From: an uncultured Candidatus Saccharibacteria bacterium
Lineage (GTDB): Bacteria > Patescibacteriota > Minisyncoccia > 2-02-FULL-40-12 > GWA2-44-9
DNA length: 57,038 nt
NCBI GenBank assembly: GCA_964488565.1
Contig: CAZAUE010000003.1
Span: 1-57,038, forward strand
Direction of reading: 5' to 3'
Shown: positions 20,819-31,832 of the stretch, in pieces
How positions within the stretch are numbered: the first letter of the stretch is position 1
How the letters are laid out: every line of letters starts with the position of its first letter
Notes under the pieces: generated by a model
Databases searched by the model: none
The model's input: the letters and a program-made list of their open reading frames with translations, nothing else
Told to the model about the DNA's origin: nothing
Made by a program: the position numbers and the translations under genes

Positions 20819-21154
20819 ATGAAATTTAATAAAAAAGATGTCAGGAAAATAAAAAATGCAACTCAAGAAGAGCTAGGTAAGTTACAAGAGGAATATGAAA
20901 CAGTAACAAAAAACATTCACACCATGAGTCCCGCTGGGCTTATGGCAATTGCAGTTCTTGGTGTTTTGGTAATAATTTATTTCCGAAACAATTTTTTTGA
21001 CTTCATTGGACTTGTAATGTTGTTGTACCCGCTTTATGTGTTCATTCAGCGAGGAGCACACCGTAAGGGCTACTTTGATGGATACTATGACATGATGACG
21101 AAGATGAATACTCGAGTTGAGGATAAAAGCTCTGAAAAATCAGACAAGGAATAA
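20819..21154 (+). CDS. Hypothetical 2-TM membrane protein
   Basis: Two hydrophobic segments; promoter-like tataat upstream. Confidence 0.65.
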   Translation: MKFNKKDVRKIKNATQEELGKLQEEYETVTKNIHTMSPAGLMAIAVLGVLVIIYFRNNFFDFIGLVMLLYPLYVFIQRGAHRKGYFDGYYDMMTKMNTRVEDKSSEKSDKE

Positions 21155-21190
21155 ACAATTTAAATTTATTTAGAAAACAAAACAAAATAT

Positions 21191-22270
21191 ATGAATTACA
21201 TAAAATACATTTTAATTTCCTTGCTATTTATGCCAGTTTTGGTTTTTGCAGAAACTCAATCGGTTTTACCAAGTGCCGGTCTTACCCCAGAAAGCTCTTT
21301 TTATTTTTTCGATAGATTCGGAGAAACCCTTCAGAGGTTTTTTACATTTAACCCAGAAGGCAAAGCAAGACTTGAAATATCTTTTGCTAAAGAAAGGATT
21401 GCGGAAATCAAACTCATTCTTGAGGATAAAGGTGTTACTGCCAAAGGGTTAGATGTTGCAGAGGCTAAATTGCAAGACAATCTTTCAAGAGCAACAGCTA
21501 TCTTAATAAAAGAGAAACAGGATGGAAACGAAATTGGTGAAATTGCCAAAGAGCTTTCAGATGAAATTAATCCTGCCCAAGAAGAGCTTAAAGACGCTTT
21601 CAAATCTGAAAGAGACGCCCTGAAGGCAAAAGAGGAAGAATTAAAAGCAAAACTAAAAGAAGCTCGCCGAGTTGGAGATACGGCACAAATCACAATCTTA
21701 ACAAAAGAGCTTGCAGATATTAGGGCCGAAAGAGAACTTCTTGATCAGAGTGATGAGGATAATGATGAGGCAATTGACCAAGAGGATGAAAAGATTGACG
21801 AGGCCATGGAATTAAAAGAAGAGGCTGAAAAGAAAATTAGAGAAGCGGAAAAAGATAAGGCAGAATTACTTAAAGAAGCAGAAGATAAAAACGTTGTTTT
21901 TCCTGCCACAACATTTAATACGTTCGATGGGCTAATTTCTCAAGCCAAAACTGCTTTTGCGGCAGGTAAATATGAGGAAGCTAAGCGCTTGGCCAAAGAG
22001 GCTAAGGGTAATCTTAAAGAAGTGGAGAAGAGTTTAGAAAAACTCAAAGATGTTAAAGAAAAGAATGAAGAATTGAAACAAGGATCAGATGAACAACAAA
22101 ATGAGTTGAGAAATAATCTTAAAGAAGCAGATAAAGAAAACGCAGAAAGAATACTAGAAGAAATTAAAAAGAATGAGGAAAATTTAAAAGAAGAGCAAGA
22201 AAAGATTTTGGAAGAACAGAAAAAGATTGAAGAAGAACTCAAGAGTTCAGGAGAACAGGAAAACGACTAA
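21191..22270 (+). CDS. DUF5667 domain secreted coiled-coil protein
   Basis: Signal peptide; AGLTPESSFYFFDRFGE...AKERIAE motif; long E/K-rich coiled coil. Confidence 0.8.
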   Translation: MNYIKYILISLLFMPVLVFAETQSVLPSAGLTPESSFYFFDRFGETLQRFFTFNPEGKARLEISFAKERIAEIKLILEDKGVTAKGLDVAEAKLQDNLSRATAILIKEKQDGNEIGEIAKELSDEINPAQEELKDAFKSERDALKAKEEELKAKLKEARRVGDTAQITILTKELADIRAERELLDQSDEDNDEAIDQEDEKIDEAMELKEEAEKKIREAEKDKAELLKEAEDKNVVFPATTFNTFDGLISQAKTAFAAGKYEEAKRLAKEAKGNLKEVEKSLEKLKDVKEKNEELKQGSDEQQNELRNNLKEADKENAERILEEIKKNEENLKEEQEKILEEQKKIEEELKSSGEQEND

Positions 22271-22349
22271 AAATCTTTAAGGCAAACATTATTGCTAACT
22301 AAAAAGAGTGTGATACACTCTTTTTAGTTACTTAAAAAACGAGATAAAA

Positions 22350-23105
22350 ATGAATAAGGTATTTGTCTTTGATTTGGACGATACGCTTATGGACAATATG
22401 CATGATTATGCCAATCCAATTCTTGATATGGCGAGGGTCATTATTCGAGAGTTGGGTTCAAAAGCCCCTCATGTTTCGGTGATTATTACCAAAGAACAAG
22501 AAATAGATAAAGCACGGGTTCATGAAATTAATCCGGCCACTGGGCGTATTTTTTTGTATTCAATAGAAAGATTTCCTGGAAGCATGGTAATGGTCTACAG
22601 ATATTTTTGTAAGAATGCAAAAGTTGAGCCGAATAAAATGGTTGAACAGGAACTTTACACCATTGGAATGCAGGCATTTGATCCAGCAAGGTATAAAGAC
22701 CAAGTTCGTCCTGACGCCAATTCGACCATATTCTTTTTGTATGATCAAAAAGACCTACCTATGCTTCTCACAAAAGGGGACAAAAGGGTGCAGGCAAACA
22801 AATTTTCAGCTATTGATGCTGGTAGACTTTTTTTCAGATCAAGGATTGTTGAAGACAAAACTCCGGAAACATTTAGACTAATGAAAACCGGTTTCAATGG
22901 TAATGAGTCTTGGTATAGTGTTGGTAATGATTATGACAAAGACATCGTGCCAGCATTTGATGCTGGATTTAAGGGGATTTGGATACCCGTTGAAACGTGG
23001 GAAGCCATGGGTAAGATTGAGGAGATTCGAGCTAGGGTGGACTGGTCGCGATGTGTCGAACTGAGAAGTCTCAGTGAAATTAAGGAAAGGTACGGTGAGT
23101 TGTGA
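22350..23105 (+). CDS. HAD-superfamily hydrolase
   Basis: FVFDLDDTL motif I, LTKGD, VGNDYDKDI motif IV. Confidence 0.85.
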   Translation: MNKVFVFDLDDTLMDNMHDYANPILDMARVIIRELGSKAPHVSVIITKEQEIDKARVHEINPATGRIFLYSIERFPGSMVMVYRYFCKNAKVEPNKMVEQELYTIGMQAFDPARYKDQVRPDANSTIFFLYDQKDLPMLLTKGDKRVQANKFSAIDAGRLFFRSRIVEDKTPETFRLMKTGFNGNESWYSVGNDYDKDIVPAFDAGFKGIWIPVETWEAMGKIEEIRARVDWSRCVELRSLSEIKERYGEL

Positions 23106-23251
23106 GACTTGTGACCATGGCCAAGTCTTTGCCAAGTATATTTTCAGGGTTAGGTGACTCCGTTATGGCGGGGTCTTTTTTTTGCTTGCAAAAGAGGGGA
23201 GGGTTGCTATACTTCGGGCAGATTTCTGCTCTTTGTCAATTAGGACAAGAA

Positions 23252-26200
23252 ATGGCCAAGAAATTGGTTCTTTTGGTTTTGATTATTCTGTTGATGCCGT
23301 TTACTGCTTATGCTCAGTTTGGTAAGAATCAGGTAATTTGGGAAAAGACGACGTGGAATTTTTATCAGTCTGCCCATTTTGATTTCTACTTTTCACTTGA
23401 GATTAAAGACGAAGAAGTCCAAAAGCATTTTGCTAATTTGGTAGCGCACGTGGAAAACTCTAGTGAGTTTTTGAGCGTCAAACTCAATCACCAATTAAGG
23501 AAGCGACCAATCGTAGTTGTGTCACGTACACATAGTCAATTTGAAGCTCTCCACCTTGCTGGTGGCGAGTTTATGCCTGAAGGAGTAGGAGCTTACGCTT
23601 TTCCGCGTGGTTCTCGTCTTACGTCCGATTCAGACATGATTCTTGTTGTTAAGCCGGATTTTTTACCGGTCTTGAACCGCACGATCTTCACTCATGAATT
23701 GGTTCACATTTTTCAGTTTGATATGGTGAGCCGAGGTTTCCTTAGTCGGACTATTGGTGCTGATCCCATTGAACAGTGGTTATATGAAGCAACCGCCGAT
23801 TATTTGGCGAATAAATTTGCTCCATATTCACGTGACGACATTCGCAAGATGGAACAACGTTTGGCTGCGGCTAATGTCAAAAATCCCCAAATGGGATTGC
23901 CTACGTTGGAAATGTTGTCACAAGGCCAAGCCAATCCTTATTCGCTTGGAGCTATGGTGTTTATGTTTCTTGAATCAAAATATGGCGAGCAAGCGACTGC
24001 AGATTTGGTCATGGGTATCTTTAAGAGGCGTGGTCAAAAATTTGACGAACTTTTAGCAGATATTTCACAGGGAGAGTTTTATAATGCCGAGGCATTTGAT
24101 CGGGCGCATCGGAATTATTGGGCAGAAAAATATGCCAAGGATTCTTTGGATAGACCAAAGCCTTATCAGGAAACTTCCAGCATGAAGAGTCGTCAAATTA
24201 TCAAACAACCCTATCCTTATCCGCTGACATCAACCGAGATATCACCCGATGGAAATTTTGTAGCTTTTTTGACTTACAATCCCAAGAACGGGATTGTCTT
24301 GGCGGTATCACATATGCTACCGCAAGATGATTTACCATATGTTCCTTTGGCTAAGCGCAAAAAGTTCCGCGTGTTTGGTAACAAGGTTGCCATTCAGGGC
24401 AAGCCCATACAAGTCTTAACAACATTTATGCCTCCTAAGCATTACGAGTACATTATTGCTCAGGAGTTAAATGTTTGGCCATTCAACGGTTCAGATTTGG
24501 ACTGGTGGCAGGACAAAGAATGGGCGTCTAAGGTTGGAGATGCTGAATATATTCTTGAGATGGACAATAAAAATCTTGCCGAACTCAGGGCAATGGTCTC
24601 AAAGGACAGACCCAACGATTACAATGAAAGGATTGTGGCGATAGAAGAAGAAATTAAGTCTGTTGAAAAGGATATTAAACAACTTAAGCGCACTCCCGAT
24701 GTTAGTAAGATTGCTTTTTTTGCCCGCAACAATAAGGATCATGCCTTATTCGTCCTGGATGTTAATACGGGTAAATTTGTTCAAGAAATTGAAATTCCTC
24801 TTGATCAGGCATTTTCTCCCAATTTTAGTTCTGACGCTAAGTTGATTTATTTCTCCGCAGCCAAGAATATTCAAAGAGATATTTATTCAATGAATCTTGC
24901 AACCCGCGAGCTGAAGAATCTAACTAATGGTGGTGTGTTTAATAGTGCACCTCAAGTATCACCTGATGGAGCTAAGATTGCTTACGTAGCATTTGACGGT
25001 AGTTTTCAGAAGTTATTCATGTTGGATATGGTCACTGGCAATAAGGAACAGTTAACTTATGGCCGATGGAATGATAATTCGCCGAGCTGGTCATCTGACA
25101 ATTCAACTCTTGTATATACTTCTGATGAAAAGGATGGAATTTGGAATCTATACACACTTGATTTGTCAGCCCATGTCAGTAAGCAGTGGTCGGAGGTTTA
25201 TGGAGGTATTTTTACTCCTAAATTTGTTACCGACGAGAACTATGACAGGAATGATCGTGTTGTGTATTCAACCAACATGGAAGACGATCAGTTCAGAAGT
25301 TATATTTTTTCCAACTTTGAATTGTTTGATTCTCGCCTAAAAGAACCACTCAGAACTTTTGCGATTGAAAATAAAAACGAGAATATGGAATTAGCCTTCC
25401 GAAGTCAGGGGGCAGTTGAAGAGCAACTTGAACAGAGTCAGTTAAGTAATCCTCAAGAACCGCCGGCTCGTTGGAAACTCTATGGATCCGATGTAACCAT
25501 TGGCTCAAGTTCATATTGGGGAATATTTGCTAGTTCACAATTTATGCTTCAGGACATGTTGGCTAATCGAACTTATTCTGGTATTTATGCTCAACAGGGC
25601 GGATTCAATTATATGGACTTTTCATACTTGAATCGGTCTCGTCGTTGGGGTTGGGCGGCAAACGTTAACAGGGCTCAATACCCACTGTATTACATGTTGC
25701 GAGATTTTAAGGGTCAATATCCTCGTTATGAGAACCCTAATGGAGAACATGACCAATTTACTCTTAACAATACTTGGGTAAAAGAATTAAGCTCTTCGCT
25801 TTATGTGGAATACCCATTTAACAAGTGGAATCGTCTTGAATTGGGAATTAGACCACACAAGCGTTCATACTTCCTGCCCCTTACAGATGAAAGTCTTGAG
25901 CTTTTTGGAGATTCAATTCCAGAGATTGATCGACAGATGTACAGGTTCTTTAAAGATTCAAATGGTCAGGCAAATGTTGGTTTCACCGCGGCATTCGTGC
26001 GTGATACGATTCTTTATTCCAATGATACGCTTGGACCAATGCATGGCAATGCTCTTCGTGGTCAGGTGGAATATGGACCAGGCCTTAACAAAAATTCAGC
26101 AGCATATTTTACAGCGCAGTTTGATGCGCGTAAGTATATAAGACTATCAAACAGTTCCTTGTTTGCCGTTCGTGCTACAGGACTTAATAGTAATAGGCCT

Positions 26201-26581
26201 AACGGAGAATTCATGTTGTTGGGTGGTAGTGACACGCTTCGCAACTATCCTTACTTCAGTATTGCTGGTAATCAGGTTGGTTATGGAAGCGCAGAATTAC
26301 GATTTCCCGTTGCTGATGTGTTTCTTCTCGGCTCTATCCCATTTCAGGTTAGAGGAACATTTTTTGGTGATTATGCGATAGCTAAATTTAGTAACCCACG
26401 AGCGCAGCGAGCGGAGCTATCGTCGTATGACGGCAACACTTCACTTCCTGCTCGCCGTGAATGGGCGTATGGTGTTGGACTGCAAGCCTATGTCTTTTTG
26501 CCACTGAACTTTGAGTGGGCAAAGACAAGGTTTTCACCGGACAAGTGGACCTTCAATGTCCGAATCGGATTTAGTTTTTAA
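23252..26581 (+). CDS. Zn-peptidase (MA-like) + PD40/TolB-like propeller + Omp85 (BamA/TamA)-type beta-barrel protein
   Basis: Signal ending AYA-QFGKN (ATG 23252); HELVH..E; repeats SPNFSSD, APQVSPDG, SPSWSSD; LGGSDTLRNY lid loop; ends FNVRIGFSF. Confidence 0.82.
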   Translation: MAKKLVLLVLIILLMPFTAYAQFGKNQVIWEKTTWNFYQSAHFDFYFSLEIKDEEVQKHFANLVAHVENSSEFLSVKLNHQLRKRPIVVVSRTHSQFEALHLAGGEFMPEGVGAYAFPRGSRLTSDSDMILVVKPDFLPVLNRTIFTHELVHIFQFDMVSRGFLSRTIGADPIEQWLYEATADYLANKFAPYSRDDIRKMEQRLAAANVKNPQMGLPTLEMLSQGQANPYSLGAMVFMFLESKYGEQATADLVMGIFKRRGQKFDELLADISQGEFYNAEAFDRAHRNYWAEKYAKDSLDRPKPYQETSSMKSRQIIKQPYPYPLTSTEISPDGNFVAFLTYNPKNGIVLAVSHMLPQDDLPYVPLAKRKKFRVFGNKVAIQGKPIQVLTTFMPPKHYEYIIAQELNVWPFNGSDLDWWQDKEWASKVGDAEYILEMDNKNLAELRAMVSKDRPNDYNERIVAIEEEIKSVEKDIKQLKRTPDVSKIAFFARNNKDHALFVLDVNTGKFVQEIEIPLDQAFSPNFSSDAKLIYFSAAKNIQRDIYSMNLATRELKNLTNGGVFNSAPQVSPDGAKIAYVAFDGSFQKLFMLDMVTGNKEQLTYGRWNDNSPSWSSDNSTLVYTSDEKDGIWNLYTLDLSAHVSKQWSEVYGGIFTPKFVTDENYDRNDRVVYSTNMEDDQFRSYIFSNFELFDSRLKEPLRTFAIENKNENMELAFRSQGAVEEQLEQSQLSNPQEPPARWKLYGSDVTIGSSSYWGIFASSQFMLQDMLANRTYSGIYAQQGGFNYMDFSYLNRSRRWGWAANVNRAQYPLYYMLRDFKGQYPRYENPNGEHDQFTLNNTWVKELSSSLYVEYPFNKWNRLELGIRPHKRSYFLPLTDESLELFGDSIPEIDRQMYRFFKDSNGQANVGFTAAFVRDTILYSNDTLGPMHGNALRGQVEYGPGLNKNSAAYFTAQFDARKYIRLSNSSLFAVRATGLNSNRPNGEFMLLGGSDTLRNYPYFSIAGNQVGYGSAELRFPVADVFLLGSIPFQVRGTFFGDYAIAKFSNPRAQRAELSSYDGNTSLPARREWAYGVGLQAYVFLPLNFEWAKTRFSPDKWTFNVRIGFSF

Positions 26582-26594
26582 TTGATAAGATTAT

Positions 26595-26620
26595 GCCCCA
26601 CATTTTGTGGGGCTTTTTTG
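26595..26620 (+). terminator. Intrinsic terminator
   Basis: gccccaca/tgtggggc stem followed by T6. Confidence 0.75.
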
Positions 26621-26721
26621 TGCTTTGTAATTACACTTTTGAATGAGTGCGGGGGTTTACATTTTCGGTAGGTGGCATATAGTTTCAGGCAGATGTCTGC
26701 TCCTTAAAAACAGGAATTCAC

Positions 26722-27360
26722 ATGCACTTTTTATTGGCCGCTTTTCTTGCCTTGGAAATTGTGAGTTCTGGCATTTTTAGCCAGGATATTTCACCGCCTG
26801 ATGTGGAAAATTTCAATATAGTTTTGTCCAAAGAACTTGAGTTTCGTGTGGATGATTATAAGACCGCTTTTGTTGGTCGAGTGGTTGTTTATCAAAACCC
26901 AGACGACCCAAACGAATATACAAGGGTATATTATCGGCAGATAGCTATTATTTCTGAGCGAGCTCAAGAAAAAAGCATCTCAGAAACCGGTGTTTTGGAG
27001 AATAATTCTTCTAATCTGAATTACCATCTTAAACAAGAGGAAGAAGTTTTGGATAGAGTTCAGCAGGCAACCGATGCTTTTGCTTATGTTAAATGGCGAA
27101 CAGATCGCGACCCACGAACTGGGCAAGATTTCAGGGCAGGTCCTCTTCAGTCGTGGCTTTTGGAACAAAATGGAAATTGGGTCTTCAGTTCAGAATTGAG
27201 TATTTTTACGATGCCATTTTCCGAACGCTCAAAGGCAAATCCAGACAAGTTAATTATCGTTGGAATTCAGTTTACTTTGGCGGGTGGATCTCATGTTGTC
27301 CGCATTGATCAAGATGAACTGATTATTTACAAGAAAGGATCGGTCGATGACAAGAAGTAA
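26722..27360 (+). CDS. Secreted hypothetical protein
   Basis: Signal-like N-terminus; overlaps start of next gene by 14 nt; aggaa SD-like site. Confidence 0.65.
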   Translation: MHFLLAAFLALEIVSSGIFSQDISPPDVENFNIVLSKELEFRVDDYKTAFVGRVVVYQNPDDPNEYTRVYYRQIAIISERAQEKSISETGVLENNSSNLNYHLKQEEEVLDRVQQATDAFAYVKWRTDRDPRTGQDFRAGPLQSWLLEQNGNWVFSSELSIFTMPFSERSKANPDKLIIVGIQFTLAGGSHVVRIDQDELIIYKKGSVDDKK

Positions 27361-28621
27361 GGTGCTTGCGCCAATTATTCTATTATTGCTTGCAGTTGGC
27401 CTGACTGCGCAGGCAGGATGTGCCTCTAGTGGTAATAAAAAACCAACCATATTGGTGGATCAATACAATAATGTTCCAGCTGACATTCAGTCTCAGTTTT
27501 TGGATCGCTACAGGCGATTTATAACCGGCAAAGAACGTAAAGAATTTGAGAAACTTCTTACAGATGAAGAACGAGATGTGTTTATTGAAAACTTTTGGGC
27601 CAAACGAGATTCTGATCCCGCAACGCCCGAAAATGAATTTAAGAAAGAAGTTGATGATCGGATTGAGAATATTATTAATGAAAGCTTTTTTGGAACATTT
27701 GGTGCTGGGGGATTAATGTTCAGATCAAATGGTGGGTTCAATGGGGGCATGGCTCATGTTTATCTTCTTCATGGAGAACCCGATGTTGTGGATTTGATTG
27801 AAGGTGGTTCGTTTGTCCCTATGATGCTTTGGGTTTATATCAATCCCGAAAATGGTCGACTTCTTTATGCCTTTATGTTTTATCAAAAAGGTGGCTCAGG
27901 AGAATTTACTTTATTTTACCAAGATTCTTACAAAATGGATCAGTGTGGAGCGATTTATGAAGTCGCTACTGTGCGGAGTTACAACTACAATGGTGGAGGC
28001 GGGCAAAATTGCCCCAGCGATTTGTATGATGTCTATGGAGAAATCGCTAGGTCTACTGGTAAAAATGGTTTTTTGGACGGAAACATGTTTGCTTGGGCAT
28101 TGTTTAACTTTTCAAGTAACTCAGATTTGAAACTTGAAGTCGCCCTTGACCCCCCAAAGCCAGCTTCGGAGATTGCCGTCAAATCAAAGGCGCGCGTGGT
28201 TGGTGAGGCGCCAGAGCTTGTTGGCACCATCGGAACTGACTACATTATTAATTCTTGTGAGAGATGTAATTCATTAATTCCAGCCCAACTTATATTTGAT
28301 AAGGAATTGGCCTTATTAATCAGACGCAGTGATGTTGACTGGCGAGTTGTTAACGATGATGCCGGGTTGGAGTTAAAGGTAAGGGTGATGGTTGAAGACA
28401 ATAAGAATCAAATTCCTTCGTTGGTTTTTGAAAAAAATGTTTCTTTCACCGACAAGAAAGAATCGATCATGTTGGACCCTCTTGGTCAGAACACTGTTGT
28501 TCTCTTGACCGAGGATGAGGTGGCTAAAATTCCGGCCGGCAGTTATCGGGTCAGTGTTTATGTAAAAAACACAATGACTCAAAAGTATAATGCTTGGCTC
28601 AGAGAGATTGTTGTAAAATAG
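27347..28621 (+). CDS. GWxTD domain-containing exported (possibly lipo-) protein
   Basis: FITGKERKEFEKLLTDEERDVFIENFWAKRDSDPATPENEF...R; VYLLHGEPD; signal with AG-C. Confidence 0.75.
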   Translation: MTRSKVLAPIILLLLAVGLTAQAGCASSGNKKPTILVDQYNNVPADIQSQFLDRYRRFITGKERKEFEKLLTDEERDVFIENFWAKRDSDPATPENEFKKEVDDRIENIINESFFGTFGAGGLMFRSNGGFNGGMAHVYLLHGEPDVVDLIEGGSFVPMMLWVYINPENGRLLYAFMFYQKGGSGEFTLFYQDSYKMDQCGAIYEVATVRSYNYNGGGGQNCPSDLYDVYGEIARSTGKNGFLDGNMFAWALFNFSSNSDLKLEVALDPPKPASEIAVKSKARVVGEAPELVGTIGTDYIINSCERCNSLIPAQLIFDKELALLIRRSDVDWRVVNDDAGLELKVRVMVEDNKNQIPSLVFEKNVSFTDKKESIMLDPLGQNTVVLLTEDEVAKIPAGSYRVSVYVKNTMTQKYNAWLREIVVK

Positions 28622-28794
28622 TCAAAAACCATCAAAAAGATGGTTTTTTTATTAATTGACAAAACATCCCAAAGATGATAAATTGGATACACATTTGAAT
28701 AGATAAGTTCTCACGGGGTTTAAAAACCCTTTATAATCAAAAATTTTTGTTGTATTCTGTGCCTATATTAGACTAATTAAATTCTCATTTTTTG

Positions 28795-30567
28795 ATGGAA
28801 GATAACGTCTCCAAAATTAAGGACAGACTTGATGTTGTTGATGTTCTTTCTGGTTATTTAAAAGTCCAAAAAGCAGGCATAAACTACAAAGCTCGCTGTC
28901 CTTTTCATAACGAGAAAACACCATCCTTTGTTATTTCTCCAGAACGCCAAGTATGGCATTGTTTCGGGTGTTCTAAGGGTGGTGATATTTTCAGTTTCAT
29001 ACAAGACATAGAAGGTGTTGATTTTCCGGAAGCCTTAAGAATTCTTGCTGCCAAGGCTGGAGTAGAACTAGATTCTTTTAACCCCGCCGTTAAAGACGAT
29101 AAGGCAAGATTGTTTGAGGTGTGTGAAGCAGCGACTAAGTTTTTTGAAAAACAATTCCATTCCAATACTGGAAAACTTGCTTTGGAATATTTAAAAGAGA
29201 GGGGAGTTTTAGATTCCACAATTCAGGAATTTCGTTTAGGTTTTGCTCCTAATGATTGGAGTGCCTTGGGGACTTTTCTAAAAAATTGTGGTTATTCTGA
29301 AAATGAAATAATTGAAGCCGGATTAGCAATCAAAAGAAACGATGGGTCAGGATCTTACGATCGCTTTCGTTCTAGAATAACTTTCCCCATTTTTGACCTA
29401 AATGGACAGGTTGTCGGGTTCACTGGAAGAATTTTTGGATCTGATGATAAGGAGCCCGCTAAATACATTAACACTCCCCAGACAAGAATTTATGACAAAG
29501 GAAGAATCCTTTATGGACTCAACAAGGCGAAGATGGAAATTAAGCAGGCTGACCAGTGTATCTTGGTGGAGGGTAATATGGATGCCTTGATGTCCTATCA
29601 AGCAGGAGTAAAAAACGTTGTAGCTTCATCCGGAACAGCTTTAACTCCCAGTCACTTAACATTACTCCACAGATATACGACTAATCTTGGTTTTTGTTTT
29701 GATACTGATCAAGCGGGAGCGATGGCCACCAAAAGAGGAATAGGATTAGCCCTCGGTCAAAATTTCAACATTAAAGTTGTTGAGATAAGTGACAAAGAAT
29801 GCAAAGATCCTGCGGATGTTGTAAGAAAAAATTCCGAAAATTGGTCAAAAGTTGTGAGTGAAGCCAAGCCTGTAATGCAGTTTTATTTTGACAAAGCTAA
29901 GGCTGGATTTAATCCTGATTCAGCTGATAGTAAAAAATTAGTAATTTCCGCCTTGGCTCCATTTTTAAAGAGATTGACTAGTCAGGTGGAGAGAGAGCAT
30001 TGGTTGGCTCAGTTGGCCTTTTTCCTCAGGGTTAAAGAAGAAGCGATAGAGGCTGATATAGATTCAGCAAAAGATGATCTTGAGGCCTATGATCGTGAAC
30101 CAGTAATGGTCAAGACAGCAATGAAAGAGGTGACCGCAACAACCGATACTCTTAGCGAAACCTTATTGTCGTTAATAATGAAAGATCCAATATTTTTTAA
30201 AAACGATATTAAAAAAATAAGTCCCGAACTGTTGGACTCTTATACTGCAGAAGCGGTTGTTAAGTTGTCAGCAATTGAATCAGATAATCTGACCGATTTG
30301 CTGAAAGATTTCAGAGAGAAAAACCAAAGTTATAAATTAGAGTTTGCCTATCTTAAGTCTCAGGAATTTTGGAAAGACTCCAAAGAAGAAGAATTAAGGA
30401 TAGAATTTAATAATTTGATAAATAAACTTGAAGAACGCCACCTTAGAACTAAATTGGAAAAAATAGGATTTGAAATGAGGGCCGGAGATGACAAAGATAA
30501 AAGGACGGCTCTGGCGGTAGAGGCAAATAAAATTTTAAACAGATTAGGAGAAATACAAAAAATTTAA
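28795..30567 (+). CDS. dnaG: DNA primase
   Basis: CHC2 zinc finger [17 protein letters not shown]; [10 protein letters not shown]; KYINTP; TOPRIM VEGNMD, FDTDQAG. Confidence 0.97.
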   Translation: MEDNVSKIKDRLDVVDVLSGYLKVQKAGINYKARCPFHNEKTPSFVISPERQVWHCFGCSKGGDIFSFIQDIEGVDFPEALRILAAKAGVELDSFNPAVKDDKARLFEVCEAATKFFEKQFHSNTGKLALEYLKERGVLDSTIQEFRLGFAPNDWSALGTFLKNCGYSENEIIEAGLAIKRNDGSGSYDRFRSRITFPIFDLNGQVVGFTGRIFGSDDKEPAKYINTPQTRIYDKGRILYGLNKAKMEIKQADQCILVEGNMDALMSYQAGVKNVVASSGTALTPSHLTLLHRYTTNLGFCFDTDQAGAMATKRGIGLALGQNFNIKVVEISDKECKDPADVVRKNSENWSKVVSEAKPVMQFYFDKAKAGFNPDSADSKKLVISALAPFLKRLTSQVEREHWLAQLAFFLRVKEEAIEADIDSAKDDLEAYDREPVMVKTAMKEVTATTDTLSETLLSLIMKDPIFFKNDIKKISPELLDSYTAEAVVKLSAIESDNLTDLLKDFREKNQSYKLEFAYLKSQEFWKDSKEEELRIEFNNLINKLEERHLRTKLEKIGFEMRAGDDKDKRTALAVEANKILNRLGEIQKI

Positions 30568-30575
30568 ATAACAAT

Positions 30576-31802
30576 ATGAAAAAAAAGCTAAAACTCAAAA
30601 AAGCAAAAAAACCGGCAAAGAAGTCAGTCAAAAAACCAGCAAAGAAAAAGATTAAAAAACCTGCTCGACCTCATCCAAAAAAAGCTGGCAAAAAGGTTAA
30701 GTCAAAGCCATCAACAGCAAAGAAGAGCCCGATTTCGGAGAGCGGGGTTTTAGCTTTAGTTGAAAAAGGCCGATCAAGAGGTTTTGTCACTCAAGCTGAG
30801 GTTCTAAATGCTTTTCCAAGCATAGAAAAAGACATCAAGGGCCTAGAAGCTCTTTATGAAAGATTAGAATCAGCAAATATAAACATAATTGAATCAGGAA
30901 GAGTTTTTGAGGAAGAAAAGGTTAAAGAATATGATGAGAAAAAGAAAATAGAAACTGAATTTGGGGATGTCGCATCCGACTCTGTTCAGATGTATTTGAA
31001 AGAAATTGGACGATATCCATTACTCACTGGAGATGAAGAGGTGGATCTTGCTAAAAAGATTGAGAAAAATGACGAATCAGCACGACACAAATTAGCTGTT
31101 TCCAACCTCCGCTTGGTTGTTTCAATTGCCAAAAAATATGTTGGTCGTTCGGCCAATTTAACCCTACTCGATTTGATACAGGAAGGTAATATTGGTTTGT
31201 TTAAGGCTGTAGAAAAATTTGATTATAAAAAAGGATATAAGTTCTCTACTTATGCTACTTGGTGGATAAGACAAGCAATCACTCGTGCCTTGGCTGACCA
31301 AGGAAGAACTATTCGTATTCCGGTTCACATGGTAGAAACTATTAATAAATATCAGCAGGTTGTAAGGCGTTTAGTCCAAGATTTGGGCCGTGATCCAATG
31401 CCTGAAGAAATTGCTTCAGAAATGGGAATGGAAGTAGACAAGGTAAGACATATTCAAAAAATTTCTCAGGAAACGATATCTCTTGAAGCACCAGTGGGAG
31501 AAGATGATGAAGATAGCTCGCTTGAAAGCTTTATTCCTGATGATGATTCAATATCGCCATCAACATCTGCTGCTCGAAAAATTCTTAAAAGTTATATTGA
31601 TGAAATAATTGCCGACCTTACTCCAAGAGAACAGAAAATTCTTGATATGAGGTTTGGTTTAGCTGATGGCGTGACTCACACTCTTGAAGAGGTGGGTAAG
31701 GTTTTTGCTGTCACCAGAGAACGCATCCGACAGATTGAGGCCAAGGCACTTGAAAAAATTCGCCAACACCACAAACTCGGCAAACTCAAAGGATACGAAT
31801 AA
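30576..31802 (+). CDS. rpoD: Primary sigma factor RpoD
   Basis: [59 protein letters not shown]. Confidence 0.96.
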   Translation: MKKKLKLKKAKKPAKKSVKKPAKKKIKKPARPHPKKAGKKVKSKPSTAKKSPISESGVLALVEKGRSRGFVTQAEVLNAFPSIEKDIKGLEALYERLESANINIIESGRVFEEEKVKEYDEKKKIETEFGDVASDSVQMYLKEIGRYPLLTGDEEVDLAKKIEKNDESARHKLAVSNLRLVVSIAKKYVGRSANLTLLDLIQEGNIGLFKAVEKFDYKKGYKFSTYATWWIRQAITRALADQGRTIRIPVHMVETINKYQQVVRRLVQDLGRDPMPEEIASEMGMEVDKVRHIQKISQETISLEAPVGEDDEDSSLESFIPDDDSISPSTSAARKILKSYIDEIIADLTPREQKILDMRFGLADGVTHTLEEVGKVFAVTRERIRQIEAKALEKIRQHHKLGKLKGYE

Positions 31803-31832
31803 AATACTCAAAAGTGTGCTATACTGTTATTA

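Noticed and set aside
23102-23251. 50-aa N-terminal extension of the Omp85 ORF
   Set aside because: It spans a terminator/promoter region; the signal peptide and SD support ATG 23252
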